DNA of 64,000 nt. Source: a virus (lineage: Duplodnaviria; Caudoviricetes). The first letter of the stretch is position 1. Every line of letters begins with the position of its first letter. Under the pieces are notes generated by a model. That model had not been told where the DNA came from, ran no database searches, and saw only the letters and a list, made by a program, of their open reading frames with translations. Positions 55,831 through 64,000 of the stretch are shown piece after piece. The position numbers were made by a program, and so were the translations under genes. The stretch lies in IMG/VR virus record IMGVR_UViG_3300027983_002388; one strand, written 5' to 3'.

Positions 55831-56520
55831 ATGCAGGTATTAGGTGTCGCTGCTCAACTTGCCAACGGCAAAGACGTTCTTTGTGACTATTTGGTGAAGG
55901 TTCTCAATAGATCATATGCCGAGAATGATCCCAATCGTTGGCATCGTAGTGCATTTGCAAATGCCGTTAAGGATGTCTTTGAAAGTAGTTTCGGCGTTGA
56001 TCGGGATTTCACTGAAAAATGGAAGAGAAACCCTGAATCTCCTCCAGACATGCTACAGAGCGTGAGAAAAAGTCTCCAATTTATTGGAGATGGATTTCGC
56101 AAGATTAGAGACGGCATCTGGATTGAAATTGCCCTACGAGACGAGAGTAAGAAACTGGTTATTTCCGACAGCCGGTACATAAATGAAGCTAAGGCTGTAA
56201 AAACCAAAGACGGATTTATGGTTGTTTTGTATCGTCCTGGCTTCTTGAATGATGATCCTAATCCTTCTGAGGCTCAGATTAAACCTATCGTAGAGTTCTG
56301 TGCCAATCACTTGGAAGAAGGCCCCATTCCATCCTATCAAACTCTGGTTCTTGCTTTCGGAGAAAAGGCAGTTCCCGAAGGAATGAAGTATTACGATTAC
56401 TATCTTATCAATGACGGGGCTTTGGAAGATTTGTATTCCAAAGTGGACCGATTACTGGTTCCAATCATTGAGAGAAAATATGAACAGAGTCACAAGTCCG
56501 GGCGACCGGGTGAATGTTAA
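55831..56520 (+). CDS. Deoxynucleoside monophosphate kinase (T4 gp1-like)
   Basis: LGVAAQLANGKD, AFANAVKD, RKSLQFIG, VISDSRYINE. Confidence 0.75.
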   Translation: MQVLGVAAQLANGKDVLCDYLVKVLNRSYAENDPNRWHRSAFANAVKDVFESSFGVDRDFTEKWKRNPESPPDMLQSVRKSLQFIGDGFRKIRDGIWIEIALRDESKKLVISDSRYINEAKAVKTKDGFMVVLYRPGFLNDDPNPSEAQIKPIVEFCANHLEEGPIPSYQTLVLAFGEKAVPEGMKYYDYYLINDGALEDLYSKVDRLLVPIIERKYEQSHKSGRPGEC

Positions 56521-56848
56521 AAAAGGTTGGGGTTCCGAAGATTGGATTTGGAACGATGACAATTATTGTGGGAAAATTCTAGCCTTTGAAAAAGGCAAGA
56601 AATGTTCTTACCACTATCACAAAATTAAGGATGAAGTCCTTTTTTTATATAGTGGTAAGATCATTATGAAGTATGGCGATGACGATGATTTTGATGCTGC
56701 AACGGTCCTGGTTATGGAACCAGGAATGGCATTCCACGTCACACCTGGGCTTCGCCATCAGATGATTGCTGAAGAGGATTCTCTAATGTATGAGTTCTCG
56801 ACTCATCATGAGGATTCGGATTCATACAGGATCGTGGTCGGCGACTAG
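56480..56848 (+). CDS. Cupin (sugar isomerase-like)
   Basis: KGWGSE, CSYHYHKIKDE, FHVTPGLRHQM, EFSTHH. Confidence 0.8.
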   Translation: MNRVTSPGDRVNVKKGWGSEDWIWNDDNYCGKILAFEKGKKCSYHYHKIKDEVLFLYSGKIIMKYGDDDDFDAATVLVMEPGMAFHVTPGLRHQMIAEEDSLMYEFSTHHEDSDSYRIVVGD

Positions 56849-56853
56849 GACTT

Positions 56854-57543
56854 CTATTCGCTCAAGGGTTTTTGGTTTTGGTTCTTGATCTTTTGTTTGA
56901 GTTTGCCCATTCCCACTTCTGTTAACACCATAAACGTGTATCCCCTCGATTGGCAGTGTTGGTTGCAGGCTGTCCATTTTGCAGTATTCCTCGGCAAATG
57001 AGTTTGATTTGCAGGCTTGATTTCCCATATTTCGATATGTCCATCATCGAAAAGAATACTCAAGTCCGGGTTGTAATCGTGAACGTCGCCTTCAAAGCTA
57101 TATTGAACTTTGAATGGTTCTACGGCGTATGAAATAACTTCGGGCATGGCTTCAAGGTATTCGTACACATCGCATTCCATGCCGCTGCGATAGTGCATTT
57201 CTTTTCCACCATTCTTAGTGGAAATCAGATAGCCTTCTCTGAATTTAGGCTTTCTTTGCTTTAGCTTGCCGTCTTTCTTATTGCTTTGATCTTTCCAGAT
57301 CATTGCTTTCATTTGGCCAACCTTGGGTATTTGTGCTTCAGATGGGTGTTTGGCCTTAAAGTGGCTTCTCAAATCCCTAACAGGCGCACCGCAACGACCA
57401 AGAGGGCAAATTACAAACTCACGACCTTCTTCGTGCGACTCTATAATGTGCTTCTTGTATTCTTCAAAGTCGGTATAGCCTTTGCCACACACGAAACATT
57501 GAAATTTTCTCTTATGATCGTCTTTTGGAAACGGCAGTGGCAT
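56854..57543 (-). CDS. C2H2 zinc fingers fused to a TnsA/T4 gp4-like endonuclease domain
   Basis: CFVC...HIIESH, CPLGRC...HFKAKH; YRSGME, EPFKVQY, YNPDL, EIWEIKP. Confidence 0.75.
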   Translation of the reverse strand: MPLPFPKDDHKRKFQCFVCGKGYTDFEEYKKHIIESHEEGREFVICPLGRCGAPVRDLRSHFKAKHPSEAQIPKVGQMKAMIWKDQSNKKDGKLKQRKPKFREGYLISTKNGGKEMHYRSGMECDVYEYLEAMPEVISYAVEPFKVQYSFEGDVHDYNPDLSILFDDGHIEIWEIKPANQTHLPRNTAKWTACNQHCQSRGYTFMVLTEVGMGKLKQKIKNQNQKPLSE

Positions 57544-57976
57544 TTTTTTCCTTTTTCTTCGGCTGCTTAGGATTATGGTGCATGATTATTTTTACTACGT
57601 CGTCTCTGTCGCACACATGAATATTGGGAATATCCGCATTGCCAAACATATTTTCAACTGAGTCTTCGGGGGAACCGAACATGGATTTCAATAGATTGAT
57701 GCCGATAAATTTGGCCTCATCCCGAAATCCAGGCATCATTGGATCATCATCTTCGGGTTCGTCGTTTTTGAGCTTGGCGAAAACCAAGCGACTTTCTTCT
57801 GGTGCGCCGAATAAATCGTCGCCTTTTTTGAAGAATAGAATCATTCCGTGGCGATCCATTAGATCATGAATTGATTTCTCAGCTTCTTGTAAAACTAAGT
57901 TTTTGTCCCATAAATCCATAAGCTCCCGGAATTGTGAAAAGCCCGGTGATGGAGTATTGAAATAGTTATTGCTCAT
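57512..57976 (-). CDS. Hypothetical protein (154 aa)
   Basis: ORF downstream of TATATA box. Confidence 0.75.
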   Translation of the reverse strand: MSNNYFNTPSPGFSQFRELMDLWDKNLVLQEAEKSIHDLMDRHGMILFFKKGDDLFGAPEESRLVFAKLKNDEPEDDDPMMPGFRDEAKFIGINLLKSMFGSPEDSVENMFGNADIPNIHVCDRDDVVKIIMHHNPKQPKKKEKNATAVSKRRS

Positions 57977-58004
57977 TTAGTTCCCCCGGTTGATATATAC
58001 GAAT

Positions 58005-58526
58005 ATGACACGCACTTTACACGGCTTCCGAAAGTTTGTACTTGAAGACATGGACCCAACTCCAGATAAGTCTCGTAGTGTTGCTATGGGTTCAGGGGAT
58101 GAAGATAAAGGAACTGAAGATTATTTCGGTGCCTTGGGCGACGAACAGGGAATTGAATGGAAAGACCTGACAAGGATATTCGAGGACGAACCTTGGGTTT
58201 CATCCCACTTTGGATTGGGAACTCCCAATAAAGAAGTTCTGTACAAGCTGTCGGCATGGGAAATAGTCAAGGGATCGCTCACGCCAAGAGGAGCAGACAT
58301 ACGATTGAAACCCCAGAAGGGAAATCGTAGTTATCTCTCAGGGAATAAGTTGAATAAATCTAAATACGAAGACACCAACCGTTATCACCTGGGTCGTCAA
58401 GAACTCATTAAGTTTCTGACCACAGGTTGGACGCCAGCAGCCCAAGGAGCGGGCGGTGGCATGGGAGCCGACCCAATGGGCGGCATGGGTGGTGGAATGC
58501 CAGGAGCAGCACCAGCCCCAATGTAA
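58005..58526 (+). CDS. Hypothetical protein with capsid-targeting-like N-terminus (MTRTLHGFRKFVLE) and Gly/Met-rich tail
   Basis: ATATATA 5 nt upstream of ATG. Confidence 0.75.
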   Translation: MTRTLHGFRKFVLEDMDPTPDKSRSVAMGSGDEDKGTEDYFGALGDEQGIEWKDLTRIFEDEPWVSSHFGLGTPNKEVLYKLSAWEIVKGSLTPRGADIRLKPQKGNRSYLSGNKLNKSKYEDTNRYHLGRQELIKFLTTGWTPAAQGAGGGMGADPMGGMGGGMPGAAPAPM

Positions 58527-58537
58527 AAAGGAGAAAT

Positions 58538-58726
58538 ATGAAATTCAGAGATTGGTTGCAATTACAAGAAGTCGGGACTGGCAGTAACGCCGTCGCCGTA
58601 TTTTCCCGCCCTGTTGGTATTGGCATGGTTCAAAGAGAACCAGTAGATATGATCGGCTTCCGTGACGAAGATCACAAGAAAAAACACAAGAAACACAAAA
58701 AACAGGACGATCTTGACCACAAATAA
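58538..58726 (+). CDS. Small protein with capsid-targeting-like N-terminus (MKFRDWLQLQE)
   Basis: SD AAGGAG; K/H-rich tail. Confidence 0.7.
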   Translation: MKFRDWLQLQEVGTGSNAVAVFSRPVGIGMVQREPVDMIGFRDEDHKKKHKKHKKQDDLDHK

Positions 58727-58925
58727 TGGTCTAGGTATGATGCTGTCTCGATTCGATATTATGCAGAGCAGAAATCGGCGATTCAGTGATCTAACTTGGT
58801 GACACACCACCAGCGGCCCCTGGAACGCCGAATGAAGTCTACACAGTAAGTCGATGGCTTCGAGGAGATTACCAGAAAAACACCACAGCTTCCTTTCTAG
58901 GGGCTGTTTTCATTTGGAGATGAGT

Positions 58926-59537
58926 ATGAAGTTCGCAGTGGTCACAGCTTGCGACGAAGGCTATGCCGACCTCCAGGAGCTTACCAGTCCTACCATCACT
59001 GCTTATTGTGACTTACACGGCTATGATTGTTATGTCCATCGAATTGTTGAAAAAGAACGACCAGCAGCTTGGTATAAGATCAAAGAAGTTTTGAAGGCAT
59101 TTGAAACCGGCGTGGAATTCGTACTTTGGATTGACACCGACGCCATAGTTGTCAATAATAAATTCAGGCTAGAAGACATTGCGGAAGATGGGAAGGACTT
59201 CTATTTCGCCTGCAATTGGGCCGCAATGAACAGTGGCGTATTCATGATGCGAAACACGCAATTGAATAAGGATTTCCTCAACCTCGTTTGGCAGCACGAT
59301 CAATTCATCAATGATGGTTGGTGGGAGCAACGAGCCATCATTCACTTGCTGGAACTGCAAGTTTATCCCGAAGAAAAGATCAAAGAAATTCCTGCTGTCG
59401 ATTTTAATTCGGAAGAATATTTCAGCTTTTCTTTCATTCATCACCTGCCGCAAGTCTCTAAAGTTGAACGCATGAAGATATTTCGCAAAATACTATCAAA
59501 GGGCATAAATGGCAAAATCAAACAAGACAAAACATGA
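58926..59537 (+). CDS. Glycosyltransferase family 34 (GMA12/MNN10-like)
   Basis: PAAWYKI, VLWIDTDA, MNSGVFMMRN, WWEQRAI. Confidence 0.85.
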   Translation: MKFAVVTACDEGYADLQELTSPTITAYCDLHGYDCYVHRIVEKERPAAWYKIKEVLKAFETGVEFVLWIDTDAIVVNNKFRLEDIAEDGKDFYFACNWAAMNSGVFMMRNTQLNKDFLNLVWQHDQFINDGWWEQRAIIHLLELQVYPEEKIKEIPAVDFNSEEYFSFSFIHHLPQVSKVERMKIFRKILSKGINGKIKQDKT

Positions 59538-59634
59538 AGACATAGTTTTGGCAAATTTAGATTTGTTGAAGACGCTGCCTAATTTAGATTTTTATGGATT
59601 TTCACTGGTCAATACTACTTGAAAGATAATACAG

Positions 59635-60546
59635 ATGTATGATGTGATGAACAATATTCCTGACCGAATGATTAAGTGTCTGGATAAAGGTTTTGTTGAA
59701 CTTGTGGATGTAATGCCCCGTCTAGTTCCAGAAGAAACTAAAACGGCAGATTTTGCCATTGTTCAGGCGGCAAGAGTCTCCTATGGAAACGGCACAAAAA
59801 CCGTCAATGAAGATCGTGGGCTTATTAGATATTTACTTCGCCACTCTCACACGACGCCAATAGAAATGGTGGAATTCAAGTTCCATGCAAAGATGCCAAT
59901 TTTTGTTGCCAGACAGTGGATTCGACATCGGATGAGTTCAACCAACGAATATAGTGGTAGATATTCGGTCATGAAGGATGAATTTTACATTCCTGATATA
60001 GACAATATCCGGCAGCAGTCCAAGACGAATAAGCAGGGCGGCGATCAGCAAATGTCTACGATGGATGCCCAGGGTTTCCTGGATGTTCTTAATGAAACGT
60101 GTGACAATGCCTATGCTACTTATCAGGAGTACATCGAAAAAGGCGTGGCTCGTGAGGAAGCAAGAATGATTTTGCCAGTTAACAACTATACCGAGTGGTA
60201 TTGGAAAATTGACCTTCACAATCTGTTTCATTTCCTTGCTTTGCGATGCGATAAGCACGCTCAGATGGAAATTCGAGTATTCGCTGATGCAATGCTCGAA
60301 TTGATCGAGCCAATAGTTCCTGTTACGGTAGAAGCCTGGAATGACTATCACGATCATCGTGGTGCGATTAAGCTCACCAGATTAGAAATCGAAGCATTGA
60401 AAAAATCACTTTCTGTTCAACCTGCGGAAGTTGCTGCTGAAGGATGTGTTCAATTTTTTCAAATTGACTCAGATAACAAACGTGAACAAGCAGAATGGAT
60501 GGATAAGGCAATTAAATTGGGATTTATTGAAGTCTTGAAACCTTGA
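59635..60546 (+). CDS. thyX: FAD-dependent thymidylate synthase
   Basis: QAARVSY, HTTPIE, RQWIRHR, NEYSGRYS, AREEARMILP, HAQMEIR. Confidence 0.96.
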   Translation: MYDVMNNIPDRMIKCLDKGFVELVDVMPRLVPEETKTADFAIVQAARVSYGNGTKTVNEDRGLIRYLLRHSHTTPIEMVEFKFHAKMPIFVARQWIRHRMSSTNEYSGRYSVMKDEFYIPDIDNIRQQSKTNKQGGDQQMSTMDAQGFLDVLNETCDNAYATYQEYIEKGVAREEARMILPVNNYTEWYWKIDLHNLFHFLALRCDKHAQMEIRVFADAMLELIEPIVPVTVEAWNDYHDHRGAIKLTRLEIEALKKSLSVQPAEVAAEGCVQFFQIDSDNKREQAEWMDKAIKLGFIEVLKP

Positions 60547-60561
60547 TTTTTTGAAGCCTTG

Positions 60562-60592
60562 AAAGCCCACAACAAAGTTGTGGGCTTTTTTT
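60562..60592 (+). terminator. Intrinsic terminator
   Basis: aaagcccacaac-aaa-gttgtgggcttt + T-run. Confidence 0.85.
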
Positions 60593-60613
60593 GTTGACAT
60601 ACTTACTTATGTT

Positions 60614-62041
60614 ATGAGCATATTAGAAAAATTCTTGAAGTTAGAAGCGATTAGTCCAGCAGTGAAAGTTGGCGTTATTGGGGACGCCATGATCGATGAG
60701 TATTTCAATGTACGAGTCAAAAAGATTTCCCCGGAATTTCCCATTCCCGTCATGCACTCCAACACGGATAAATCCCAGGACTTTCCAGGTGGTGCAGCAA
60801 ACGTCGTTTATCAATTCAAAAACTTTAATGCCAATGTCAATTTGATTTCCTTTACTGATGAGTCGGCAGATACAGCTTTGAGGATAAAAGGAATCAATAC
60901 TGCCATGTGCGTGAATATACTCACTCGTATTCCTCGAAAACGTAGATTTTATAGTGATGATTTTCCCACCTATAGGTGGGACGTAGAGGAGCCACACTAT
61001 GGGTTGGGGTCTGATTTAGATAAGAAATGCTTTGAGCTTTACGAGAAGGCGCAACAGACAGCGGATCATTTTGATGTTCTAATATTTTCAGATTATGACA
61101 AAGGTGTATTTTCTAAATATACAGATTTATTGATTCCTGAGTGTCCAATCACCATTGTTGATCCTAAATCTGGAGATTTGGATCGTTGGCGAGGTTGTAC
61201 TATTTTCAAGCCAAATAAAGAAGAAGCACTTTCATTGTCCGGTTGCAGCAACGTCAATGAGGCTGGAGCCTATTTATTGAATAGGCTTAATTGTAAGGCT
61301 GTAATAATCACTCAAGCAGGACAGGGCGTTACTGTATTTGATGATCTTGGCACCTACGAGATTCGTCCAACTCAAGCACTCCTACCAGCCGAATCGGTAA
61401 TTGGTGCTGGCGATTGCTTTACTGCATTTTTGGCCATGTCATTAGGCTACAAGATAAAAATTCGAGAAGCTGCGGAGATTGCTTGGCGTGCAGGATCGTT
61501 GTACGTTAAGAATAGACACAACAAGCCATTATATCGAAGCGATATTTTGCATATATTTGACCCGACCGCAGGTAAAATTATTGACACACATCCAGAATTG
61601 GTATTTCAAAATAGAAAATACAAACTGGTATTCACGAATGGCTGTTTCGATATTCTTCATGCGGGTCATTTGGAAACGCTTCGATATGCACGAAGTCTGG
61701 GCGATAAGTTGGTTGTTGCTGTGAACACAGATGAAAGTGTCGCCAAGTTCAAGCCAGGACGCCCATTTGTTTCTCTCGATGATCGTATGCGACTTTTAGC
61801 TGGATTGGAATTTGTAGATTTTGTCATCCCATTTGGTGAACCAACGCCTTTGGAAATTATCAAGCGAATTAAGCCAGATGTATTGGTAAAAGGCGGTGAA
61901 TATAAAAAAGAAGATATTGTTGGTTACGGAATAGTGAACGAAGTAGTGACTGTTCCAATGATTGCTGGCCTATCCACAACCAATCTATTTAAAAAAATAA
62001 AGACCCAGATTGAATCTGAGTCTTTAACAAAAGATGATTAG
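60614..62041 (+). CDS. hldE: Bifunctional heptose-7-phosphate kinase / heptose-1-phosphate adenylyltransferase
   Basis: GDAMID, ISPEFPIPV, GGAANV, SDYDKG, VIGAGD; FTNGCFDILHAGH, VNTDESV, KGGEY, GLSTT. Confidence 0.93.
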   Translation: MSILEKFLKLEAISPAVKVGVIGDAMIDEYFNVRVKKISPEFPIPVMHSNTDKSQDFPGGAANVVYQFKNFNANVNLISFTDESADTALRIKGINTAMCVNILTRIPRKRRFYSDDFPTYRWDVEEPHYGLGSDLDKKCFELYEKAQQTADHFDVLIFSDYDKGVFSKYTDLLIPECPITIVDPKSGDLDRWRGCTIFKPNKEEALSLSGCSNVNEAGAYLLNRLNCKAVIITQAGQGVTVFDDLGTYEIRPTQALLPAESVIGAGDCFTAFLAMSLGYKIKIREAAEIAWRAGSLYVKNRHNKPLYRSDILHIFDPTAGKIIDTHPELVFQNRKYKLVFTNGCFDILHAGHLETLRYARSLGDKLVVAVNTDESVAKFKPGRPFVSLDDRMRLLAGLEFVDFVIPFGEPTPLEIIKRIKPDVLVKGGEYKKEDIVGYGIVNEVVTVPMIAGLSTTNLFKKIKTQIESESLTKDD

Positions 62042-62057
62042 CCGAGTAAGTGCAAAG

Positions 62058-62375
62058 TTACTTATCACATTTTGCACAGGTGCGGGCATCGCAGCACTTT
62101 TTATCGGGACCACAGTTGCATTCAAGACAATTGCAACCTTCGGCTCCGCAGGCACATCTGACGCCGCACTTGCATTTATCACAGCACTTGCCATCACATT
62201 TGCAGCAGCAGTCCTTGCAACAAAGACACCCGCAATCACAAGATGTGCAGGCACGCCCGCAATCACAAGACTTGCATTCGTGCTTTTTACAAGGGAAACC
62301 AAGACCAAGACAGATCAAGCCAGCGGCTAATATACCAGCCAGCGATCCAAGAAACGCTCCAATAAAACACTTCAT
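62058..62375 (-). CDS. Membrane-anchored metallothionein-like protein (30 Cys / 105 aa)
   Basis: SD AGGAG; hydrophobic N-terminus then CxC/CC/CCC clusters. Confidence 0.75.
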   Translation of the reverse strand: MKCFIGAFLGSLAGILAAGLICLGLGFPCKKHECKSCDCGRACTSCDCGCLCCKDCCCKCDGKCCDKCKCGVRCACGAEGCNCLECNCGPDKKCCDARTCAKCDK

Positions 62376-62433
62376 GGGTAATACTCCTAAGTTGATGTTT
62401 ATCCTTCAGTAGATATGATTCTATGGAGGAAAT

Positions 62434-62712
62434 ATGGCACGGCGAAAACTGACGATAAACAAGATTGCAAAGAAACATTGCGACGGCAAGTGTTACTTTT
62501 GTCCGTGTGATACTTACGACCTCTTAGACGTTCACCGTATCATCGAAGGATCGCAGGGCGGAAAGTATACGGACTTTAATACGATCACCGTATGTAGCTT
62601 GTGTCATCGTAAAATCCATGCTGGTTTGATTCGCATTGATCGTAAGTATTTTTCTACCGCTGGCAGGTGGATGCTTCATCATTGGATTGGCGATGAAGAA
62701 AAATGGTCTTAA
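62434..62712 (+). CDS. Small HNH endonuclease
   Basis: CYFC...VHRI...GGKY...N...CSLCHRKIH. Confidence 0.8.
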   Translation: MARRKLTINKIAKKHCDGKCYFCPCDTYDLLDVHRIIEGSQGGKYTDFNTITVCSLCHRKIHAGLIRIDRKYFSTAGRWMLHHWIGDEEKWS

Positions 62713-62981
62713 CGTGCGCCAAGTTGTTTTGCGGCATCTGGACCACCGAGGTAAGCACCTACAGCGCCAGCAGCAGTTGGGTCTTTCTGGACCAGTTTTT
62801 CTACATTGGCATCTTGTGTTAGGGCTTGCTTAATCACTGGCACTGGAGTCAATCCAGGAAGAACTTTAGGGTTCTTTTTTGCAACCATATTCCCAACATC
62901 GGCTATTTTGTTGCTGATTGAGGGCGATGATTCATCAAACGCTCTATCTCGTTCTGCTGCGAATTCTTTGAATGTCTTCAT
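62709..62981 (-). CDS. Small protein with capsid-targeting-like N-terminus (MKTFKEFAAE)
   Basis: Very close to T4 CTS MKTYQEFIAE; TAAATA upstream. Confidence 0.75.
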   Translation of the reverse strand: MKTFKEFAAERDRAFDESSPSISNKIADVGNMVAKKNPKVLPGLTPVPVIKQALTQDANVEKLVQKDPTAAGAVGAYLGGPDAAKQLGAR

Positions 62982-63036
62982 ATTTCTATTTACTCCTCAG
63001 CAATCAATTTTGGCTGAACATCATACATAGTGTAGT

Positions 63037-63231
63037 ATGATGACATTCCTTCAATATTTGAACGAGCAAGAGAAGCGTGTAAAGCTCTACGGCATGGGTA
63101 CGGGACATTCTCCCGGCAAGATGTTTAGTGTTGTGAATCCAGCTAAACCAGCCAAGCCGATTTTTACGGGCCTAAATGTCAATACCATCCATCCAGTCCC
63201 AAGAAATGGAAAACCAGTTAAGGGATTGTGA
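63037..63231 (+). CDS. Small protein with capsid-targeting-like N-terminus (MMTFLQYLNE)
   Basis: 64 aa; N-terminal F-x-x-Y-L-x-E. Confidence 0.65.
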   Translation: MMTFLQYLNEQEKRVKLYGMGTGHSPGKMFSVVNPAKPAKPIFTGLNVNTIHPVPRNGKPVKGL

Positions 63232-63263
63232 TGAAGCGTGCGAGTCGTTAACTCTATTATGGC

Positions 63264-63845
63264 ATGACAATATCATCGACCGGAGACGGTCTGAATATTT
63301 TGATCGCTTGCGATTATCTGCCGCACCATAATTGGATGTCTTTTTTGTGTTGGTATTCACTAACCAAAAATCTACCCGATGCGAAGGTTTTCGTTGCATC
63401 TCACCGCAGGTTGATGAAGCACGATCTATTTATTTGGACCCGCAAATGTAAAATTCCCTTTATCCTTCACAAAGAATCTGACGAAGCGGGCCAAATTCAA
63501 GCCGCACTCGATTACGGTGTATCCAAACCACTGTTGGTCGTATCACCAGATTCTCTTTGTGTGAGAGATTTTGATGAGGCGGGATTTTCACCAGAATCAC
63601 TCTCTGAAATAGGGAAGCTAGATGCGGAGCTATCTTGTGATTGCAAAGAGGCTCGTTCGTGTCCTTTCGTGACATATTCAAATGGCTGGGGTAAGTTTGT
63701 TACATCCTCATGGATAAATAAGATGAGTAGCCCCTTTTTGTTTGGTGTTAAGTATAGCCAAGGCGATTTAACGGCTAACGAACTGAGGATTGGGCGGCTT
63801 TGGAGCGCAGCAACTCCCTTATTTTTAACCGTATCAAGAGGATAA
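63264..63845 (+). CDS. Hypothetical protein (193 aa)
   Basis: Long ORF. Confidence 0.75.
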   Translation: MTISSTGDGLNILIACDYLPHHNWMSFLCWYSLTKNLPDAKVFVASHRRLMKHDLFIWTRKCKIPFILHKESDEAGQIQAALDYGVSKPLLVVSPDSLCVRDFDEAGFSPESLSEIGKLDAELSCDCKEARSCPFVTYSNGWGKFVTSSWINKMSSPFLFGVKYSQGDLTANELRIGRLWSAATPLFLTVSRG

Positions 63846-63846
63846 T

Positions 63847-64000
63847 ATGAGAAGGTTCAATTACGACGACAACGAAGAATATCGTGAGGACGTAGACAAA
63901 TTCTTTAGTGAAGAAGGCGAAGGCGACCTCAGCGATGAGCAATACAAAGCCATCATGGAAGAAGAAAGGGCAATTCAACAATTGCAAATTCGGTTTGTCC
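63847..64000 (+). CDS. Acidic hypothetical protein, 3' partial
   Basis: SD GAGGA; MRRFNYDDNEEYREDVDKFF... open to the window end. Confidence 0.65.
   Translation, partial: MRRFNYDDNEEYREDVDKFFSEEGEGDLSDEQYKAIMEEERAIQQLQIRFV

Noticed and set aside
62034-62412. + strand Ala/Thr- and Gln/His-rich ORFs
   Set aside because: Antisense shadows of the TGC/TGT-rich metallothionein-like gene, which has the SD
1-64000. tRNA, tmRNA, rRNA or RNase P genes
   Set aside because: No cloverleaf with T-loop GTTCRA plus acceptor stem, and no recognisable tmRNA/RNase P conserved blocks found by eye; tRNAscan-SE/Infernal would be needed to exclude them fully
1-64000. Stop-codon reassignment as in some jumbo phages
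   Set aside because: Conserved enzymes are full length in code 11, and TAA, TAG and TGA all end genes at expected positions

Overview
This window is a gene-dense fragment of a large T4-like tailed (jumbo) phage genome, read in the standard genetic code. I found no tRNA, rRNA or CRISPR array, and the host cannot be determined from this window. It carries T4-style replication and recombination genes (DnaB/gp41-like helicase, gp32-like SSB, RecA/UvsX, probable UvsY, dNMP kinase, dCMP deaminase, ThyX), a family-A DNA polymerase lacking its thumb, a gp23-like capsid paralog and a collagen-like fibre gene running off the left edge. About 16 glycosyltransferase-like genes occur together with HldE, Glf, RmlD, a sulfotransferase, methyltransferases and a radical SAM enzyme. 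There are also RNA-repair enzymes (PNKP-like, 2H phosphoesterase, cyclic-phosphate receiver, CCA-adding enzyme). The strongest novelty is an intein in a Ski2/Hel308-like helicase whose LAGLIDADG endonuclease is a separate gene in the +1 frame, with its own SD and ATG, while the intein frame stays open over the same ~250 codons. Other leads: a family of proteins with T4-like capsid-targeting N-termini (including the CCA enzyme), two or three candidate structured ncRNAs, a circularly permuted lysyl-hydroxylase-type GT domain, a 20-unit coding VNTR and a membrane-anchored metallothionein-like protein. All family assignments are from motif recognition by eye, not database searches.
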